From Eledone cirrhosa (Eukaryota): 64,000 nt of DNA. The stretch is taken from NCBI GenBank assembly GCA_964016885.1, contig OZ024744.1, positions 131,192,001-131,256,000 on the forward strand, read 5' to 3'. How positions within the stretch are numbered: the stretch's first letter is position 1; each line of letters starts with the position of its first letter. Below, one piece after another: positions 58,756 through 64,000 of this stretch. Below the pieces are notes generated by a model. That model was not told the DNA's origin. It did not search any database and saw nothing but the letters and a program-made list of their open reading frames with translations. A program made the translations under genes and the position numbers.

Positions 58756-61472
58756 GTCGGGGTTAAGTTAAGTTGGGGGTAAGTTAAGTTGGGATTAAGT
58801 TAAGTTGCGGTTAAGTTGGGGTTAAGTTAAGTTGGGGTTAAGTTAAGTCGGGGTAAGTTAAGTCGGGGTTAAGTTAAGTTAGGGTTAAGTTAAGTTGGGG
58901 TTAAGTTAAAGTTGGGGTTGAGTTAAGTTGCGGTTGAGTTAAATTGGGGTTGAGTTAAGTTGGGGTTGAGTGAAGTTGGTGTTGAGTTAAGTTGGGGTTA
59001 AGTTAAGTTGGGGTTAAGTTATGTTGCGGTTAAGTTAAGTTGAGTTTAAGTTAAGTTGGGGTTAACTTAAGTGTGGGTTAAGTTCAGTTGGGGTTAAGTT
59101 AAGTTGGGGTTGAGTTAAGTTGGGGTTGAGTTAAATTGGGGTTGAGTTAAGTTGGGGTTGAGTTAAGTTGGTGTTGAATTAAGTTGGGGTTAGGTTAAGT
59201 TGGGGTTAAGTTAAGTTGCGGTTAAGTTAAGTTGAGGTTAAGTTAAGTTGGGGTTAACTTAAGTGTGGATTAAGTTAAGTTGGGGTTAAGTTAAGTTGGG
59301 GTTAAGTTAAGTTGGTGTTAAGTTAAGTTGGGGCTGAGTTAAGTTGGGGCTGAGTTAAGTTGGGGCTGAGTTAAGTTGGGGTTCAGTTAAGTTGGGGTTG
59401 AGTTAAGTTGCGGTTAAGTTAAGTTGGGGTTAAGTTAAGTTGGGGTTATGTTAAGTTGGGGTTAAGGTAGGTTGGGGTTAAGTTAATTTGGGGTTGAGTT
59501 AAGTTGGGGTTGAGTTAAATTGGGGTTGAGTTAAGTTGGGGTTGAGTTAAGTTGGTGTTGAGTTAAGTTGGGGTTAAGTTAAGTTGGGGTTAAGTTAAGT
59601 TGCGATTAAGTTAAGTTGAGGTTAAGTTAAGTTGGGGTTAACTTAAGTGTGGGTTAAGTTAAGTTAAGGTTAAGTTAAGTTGGGGTTAAGTTAAGTTGGG
59701 GTTAAGTTAAGTTGGGGTTAAGTTAAGTTGGTGTTAAGTTAAGTTGGGGCTGAGTTAAGTTGGGGCTGAGTTAAGTTGGGGCTGAGTTAAGTTGGGGTTC
59801 AGTTAAGTTGGGGTTGAGTTAAGTTGCGGTTAAGTTAAGTTGGGGTTAAGTTAAGTTGGGGTTATGTTAAGTTGGGGTTTAGTTAAGTTGGGGTTCATTT
59901 AAGTTGGGGTTAAGTTAAGTTTAGGTTAAGTTGGGGTTAAATTAATTTGGGGTTAAGTTAAGTTGGGGTTAAGTTAAGTTGGGGTTAATTTAAGTTGGGG
60001 TTAATTTAAGTTGGGGTTAAGTTAAGTTGCGGGTAATTTAAGTTGGGGTTAAGTTAAGTTGGGGTTAAGTTAAGTTGGGGTTAAGTTAAGTTGGGGTTAA
60101 GTTAAGTTTGGGTTAAGTTAAGTTGGGGCTAATTTAAGTTGGGGCTGAGTTAAGTTGGGGTTAAGTTAAGTTGGGGTTAAGTTAATTTGGGGTTAAGTTG
60201 GGGTTAAGTTAAGTTGCGGTTTATTTAAGTTGGGGTTAAGTTAAGTTGGGGTTCAGTTAAGTTGGGGTTCAGTTAAGTTGGGGTTAAGTTAAGTTGGGGT
60301 TAAGTTAAGTTGGTTAGTTAAGTTGAGGTTAAGTTAAGTTGGGGTTAAGTTAAGTTGGGGTTAAGTTAAGTTGGGGTTAATTTAAGTTGGGGCTAAGTTA
60401 AGTTGGGGCTAAGTTAAGTTGGAGCTAAGTTAAGTTGGGTTTAAGTTAAGGTGGGGTTAAGTTAAGTTGAGGTTAAGTTAAGTTGGGGTTAAGTTAAGTT
60501 GGTGTTAAGTTAAGTTGGGGCTGAGTTAAGTTGGGGCTGAGTTAAGTTGGGGCTGAGTTAAGTTGGGGTTGAGTTAAGTTGGGGTTGAGTTACGTTGCGG
60601 TTAAGTTAAGTTGGGGTTAAGTTAAGTTGGGGTTATGTTAAGTTGGGGTTAAGTTAAGTTGGGGTTGAGTTAAGTTGGGGTTGAGTTAAATTGGGGTTGA
60701 GTTAAGTTGGGGTTGAGTTAAGTTGGTGTTGAGTTAAGTTGGGATTAAGTTAAGTTGGGGTTAAGTTAAGTTGCGGTTAAGTTAAGGTGAGGTTAAGTTA
60801 AGTTGGGGTTAACTTAAGTTGGGGTTAAGTTAAGTTGGGGTTAAGTTAAGTTGGGGTTAAGTTAAGTTGGTGTTAAGTTAAGTTGGGGCTGAGTTAAGTT
60901 GGGGCTGAGTTAAGTTGGGGCTGAGTTAAGTTGGGGTTCAGTTAAGTTGGGGTTGAGTTAAGTTGCGGTTAATTTAAGTTGGGGTTAAGTTAAGTTGGGG
61001 CTCATTTAAGTTGGGGTTAAGTTAAGTTGGGGTTAAGTTGGGGTTAAATTAATTTGGGGTTAAGTTAAGTTGGGGTTAAGTTAAGTTGGGGTTAAGTTAA
61101 GTTGGGGTTAATTTAAGTTGGGGTTAATTTAAGTTGCGGGTAATTTAAGTTGGGGTTAAGTTAAGTTGGGGTTAAGTTAAGTTGGGGTTAAGTTAAGTTG
61201 GGGTTAAGTTAAGTTGGGTTTAAGTTAAGTTGGGGCTGAGTTAAGTTGGGGTTAATTTAAGTTGGGGTTAAGTTAAGTTGGGGTTAAGTTAAGTTGGGGT
61301 TTATTTAAGTTGGGGTTAAGTTAAGTTGGGGTTCAGTTAAGTTGGGGTTCAGTTAAGTTGGGGTTAAGTTAAGTTGGGGTTAAGATGGGGTTAAATTAAG
61401 TTGGGGTTAAGTTAAGTTGGGGTTAAGTTAAGTTGGGGTTAAGTTAAGTTGGGGTTAAGTTAAGTTGGGGTT

Positions 61473-61616
61473 AACCCCAACTTAACTTAACCGCAACTTC
61501 ACTCAACCCCAACGTAACTCAGCCCCAACTTAACTTAACCCCAACTTCACTCAACCCCAACTTCCAACTTGACTTAACCCCAACTTAACTTAGCCCCAAC
61601 TTAACTTAAGCCCAAA
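61473..61616 (-). repeat. Inverted satellite island, class F (about 144 bp)
   Basis: Matches the 43084 island at an offset of 18389 bp. Confidence 0.95.
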
Positions 61617-64000
61617 GTCGGGGTTAAGTTAAGTTGGCGTTAAGTTAAGTTAGGCTTAACTTAAGTTGGGGTTCAGTTAAGTTGGGGGTAAGTTAAGTTG
61701 GGGGTAAGTTAAGTTGGGGTTAAGTTAAGTTGCGGTTAAGTTGGGGTTAAGTTAAGTTAGGGTTAAGTTAAGTTGGGGTTGAGTTAAGTTGGGGTTAATT
61801 AAGTGGTGGTTATGTTAAGTTGGGGTTAAGTTAAGTTGGGGTTAATTTAAATTGGGGTTAAGTTAACTTTGTGGTTAAGTTAAGTTGGGGTTAAGTTAAG
61901 TTGGGGTAAAGTTGGGGTTGAGTTAAGTTGGGGTTGAGTGAAGTTGGGGTTAAGTTAAGTTGGGGTTAAGTTAAGTTGGGGTTAAGATAAGTCGGGGTTA
62001 AATTAAGTTGTGGTTGAGTTAAGTTGGGGTTAATTTAAGTTGGGGCTAAGTTAATTTGTGGTTAAGTTAAGTTGGGGTTAAGTTAAGTTGGGGTTAAGTT
62101 AAGTCGGGGTAAGTTAAGTCGGGGTTAAGTTAAGTTAGGGTTAAGTTAAGTTGGGGTTAAGTTAAGTTGGGGTTGAGTTAAGTTGGGGTTGAGTTAAATT
62201 GGGGTTGAGTTAAGTTGGTGTTGAGTTAAGTTGGTGTTGAGTTAAGTTGGGGTTAAGTTAAGTTGGGGTTAAGTTAAGTTGCGGTTAAGTTAAGTTGAGG
62301 TTAAGTTAAGTTGGGGTTAACTTAAGTGTGGGTTAAGTTAAGTTGGGGTTAAGTTAAGTTGGGGTTAAGTTAAGTTGGTGTTAAGTTAAATTGGGGTTGA
62401 GTTAAGTTGGGGCTGAGTTAAGTTGGGGCTGAGTTAAGTTGTGGTTCAGTTAAGTTGGGGTTGAGTTAAGTTGCGGTTAAGTTAAGTTGGGGTTAAGTTA
62501 AGTTGGGGTTATGTTAAGTTGGGGTTAAGGTAGGTTGGGGTTAAGTTAAGTTGGGGTTGAGTTAAGTTGGGGTTGAGTTAAATTGGGGTTGAGTTAAGTT
62601 GGGGTTGAGTTAAGTTGGTGTTGAGTTAAGTTGGGGTTAAGTTAAGTTGGGGTTAAGTTAAGTTGCGGTTAAGTTAAGTTGGGGTTAAGTTAAGTTGGGG
62701 TTAAGTTAAGTTGGGGTTAAGTTAAGTTGGGGTTAAGTTAAGTTGGTGTTAAGTTAAGTTGGGGCTGAGTTAAGTTGGGGCTGAGTTAAGTTGGGGCTGA
62801 GTTAAGTTGGGGTTCAGTTAAGTTGGGGTTAAGTTAAGTTGGGGTTATGTTAAGTTGGGGTTTAGTTAAGTTGGGGTTCATTTAAGTTGGGGTTAAGTTA
62901 AGTTTAGGTTAAGTTGGGGTTAAATTAATTTGGGGTTAAGTTAAGTTGGGGTTAAGTTAAGTTGGGGTTAATTTAAGTTGGGGTTAATTTAAGTTGGGGT
63001 TAAGTTAAGTTGCGGGTAATTTAAGTTGGGGTTAAGTTAAGTTGGGGTTAAGTTAAGTTGGGGTTAAGTTAAGTTGGGGTTAAGTTAAGTTTGGGTTAAG
63101 TTAAGTTGGGGCTAATTTAAGTTGGGGCTGAGTTAAGTTGGGGTTAAGTTAAGTTGGGGTTAAGTTAATTTGGGGTTAAGTTGGGGTTAAGTTAAGTTGG
63201 GGTTTATTTAAGTTGGGGTTAAGTTAAGTTGGGGTTCAGTTAAGTTGGGGTTCAGTTAAGTTGGGGTTAAGTTAAGTTGGGGTTAAGTTAAGTTGGTTAG
63301 TTAAGTTGAGGTTAAGTTAAGTTGGGGTTAAGTTAAGTTGGGGTTAAGTTAAGTTGGGGTTAATTTAAGTTAGGGTTAAGTTAAGTTGGGGTTCAGTTAA
63401 GTTGGGGTTAAGTCAAGTTGGGGTTAAGTTGGGGTTAAATTAAGTTGGGGCTAAGTTAAGTTGGGGCTAAGTTAAGTTGGGGCTAAGTTAAGTTGGGGTT
63501 CAGTTAAGTTGGGGTTAAGTTAAGTTTGGGTTAAGTTGGGGTTAAATTAAGTTGGGGTTAAGTTAAGTTGGGGTTTAGTTAAGTTGGGGTTAATTTAAGT
63601 TGCGGTTAATTTAAGTTGCGGTTAAGTTAAGTTGGGGTTAAGTTAAGTGGTGGTTATGTTAAGTTGGGGTTAAGTTAAGTTGGGGTTAATTTAAATTGGG
63701 GTTAAGTTAACTTTGTGGTTAAGTTAAGTTGGGGTTAAGTTAAGTTGGGGTTAAGTTAAGTTGGGGTTGCGTTAAGTCGGGGTTGAGTGAAGTTGGGGTT
63801 AAGTTAAGTTGGGGTTAATTTAAGTTGGGGTTAAGTTAAGTCGGGCTTAAGTTAAGTTGGGGTTAAGTTAATTTGGGGTTAAGTTAAGTTGGGGTTAAGT
63901 TAAGTTGGGGTTGAGTTAAGTTGGGGTTGAGTTAATTTAGGGTTAAGTTAAGTTGGGGTTAAGTTAAGTTGGGTTTAAGTTAAGTTGGGGTTAAATTAAG

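Larger units (their letters stand above)
1..64000 (+). repeat. Tandem satellite array, 16-bp consensus GGGGTTAAGTTAAGTT, roughly 4000 units, extending beyond both window ends
   Basis: Every line consists of (GGGGTTAAGTTAAGTT)n or its reverse complement (AACTTAACTTAACCCC)n with scattered substitutions (GGGGTTGAG, GGGGCTGAG, GGGGTTCAG, GCGG, GGTG, GAGG, TCGGGG, TTAGGG) and short indel units; no unique sequence seen. Unit count is 64000/16. Confidence 0.99.
58385..64000 (+). repeat. Direct duplicate of about 40000-45480 (offset 18389, later about 18517)
   Basis: Islands 40166/58555 and 43084/61473 are both offset by 18389; shared rare variants include GGTGTTGAATT, GCGATTAAG, GGGGCTCATT and GGTTGCGTTAAGTCGGGG. 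Confidence 0.9.

Noticed and set aside
1-64000. Protein-coding ORFs
   Set aside because: Each 16-bp unit contains TTAA twice, giving TAA on both strands, and the period is not a multiple of 3, so stops fall in all six frames every few codons; ATG is rare.
1-64000. CRISPR array
   Set aside because: Repeats are contiguous with no unique spacers, the unit is only 16 bp, and there are no cas genes or leader.
1-64000. Functional telomerase-synthesised telomere tract
   Set aside because: High variant load, multi-kb HORs, internal inversions and no chromosome end in view; it is at most telomere-like.

Overview
The whole 64 kb window is one uninterrupted tandem satellite array with a 16-bp consensus unit, GGGGTTAAGTTAAGTT (TTAAG-TTAAG-TTGGGG). 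It has frequent single-base variants and occasional 11-bp (TTAAGTTGGGG) and 13-bp deletion units. I see no unique sequence, gene, RNA gene, transposon or CRISPR array; it looks like eukaryotic heterochromatic (pericentromeric, centromeric or subtelomeric) satellite, and the organism cannot be determined from the sequence. About 88% of the window has the G-rich strand on +. It is interrupted by 29 short inverted (C-rich on +) islands of 144-489 bp, one of them truncated by the window start. All complete islands share the same two fold-back junctions: a spacer-less palindrome centred on GTTAAC on the left, and CC(C)AAA(T/G)(T/C)CGGGG on the right. They fall into six variant classes, and five of these have lengths of 9+16n bp. 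This points to a single ancestral inversion that was amplified with the array. Rare variants used as landmarks reveal nested higher-order duplications at about 0.47, 1.5, 4.85, 6.8, 18.4, 20 and 48.1 kb. All coordinates were read by eye and may be off by a few bases. I found no protein-coding 'system'; the novelty here is structural.
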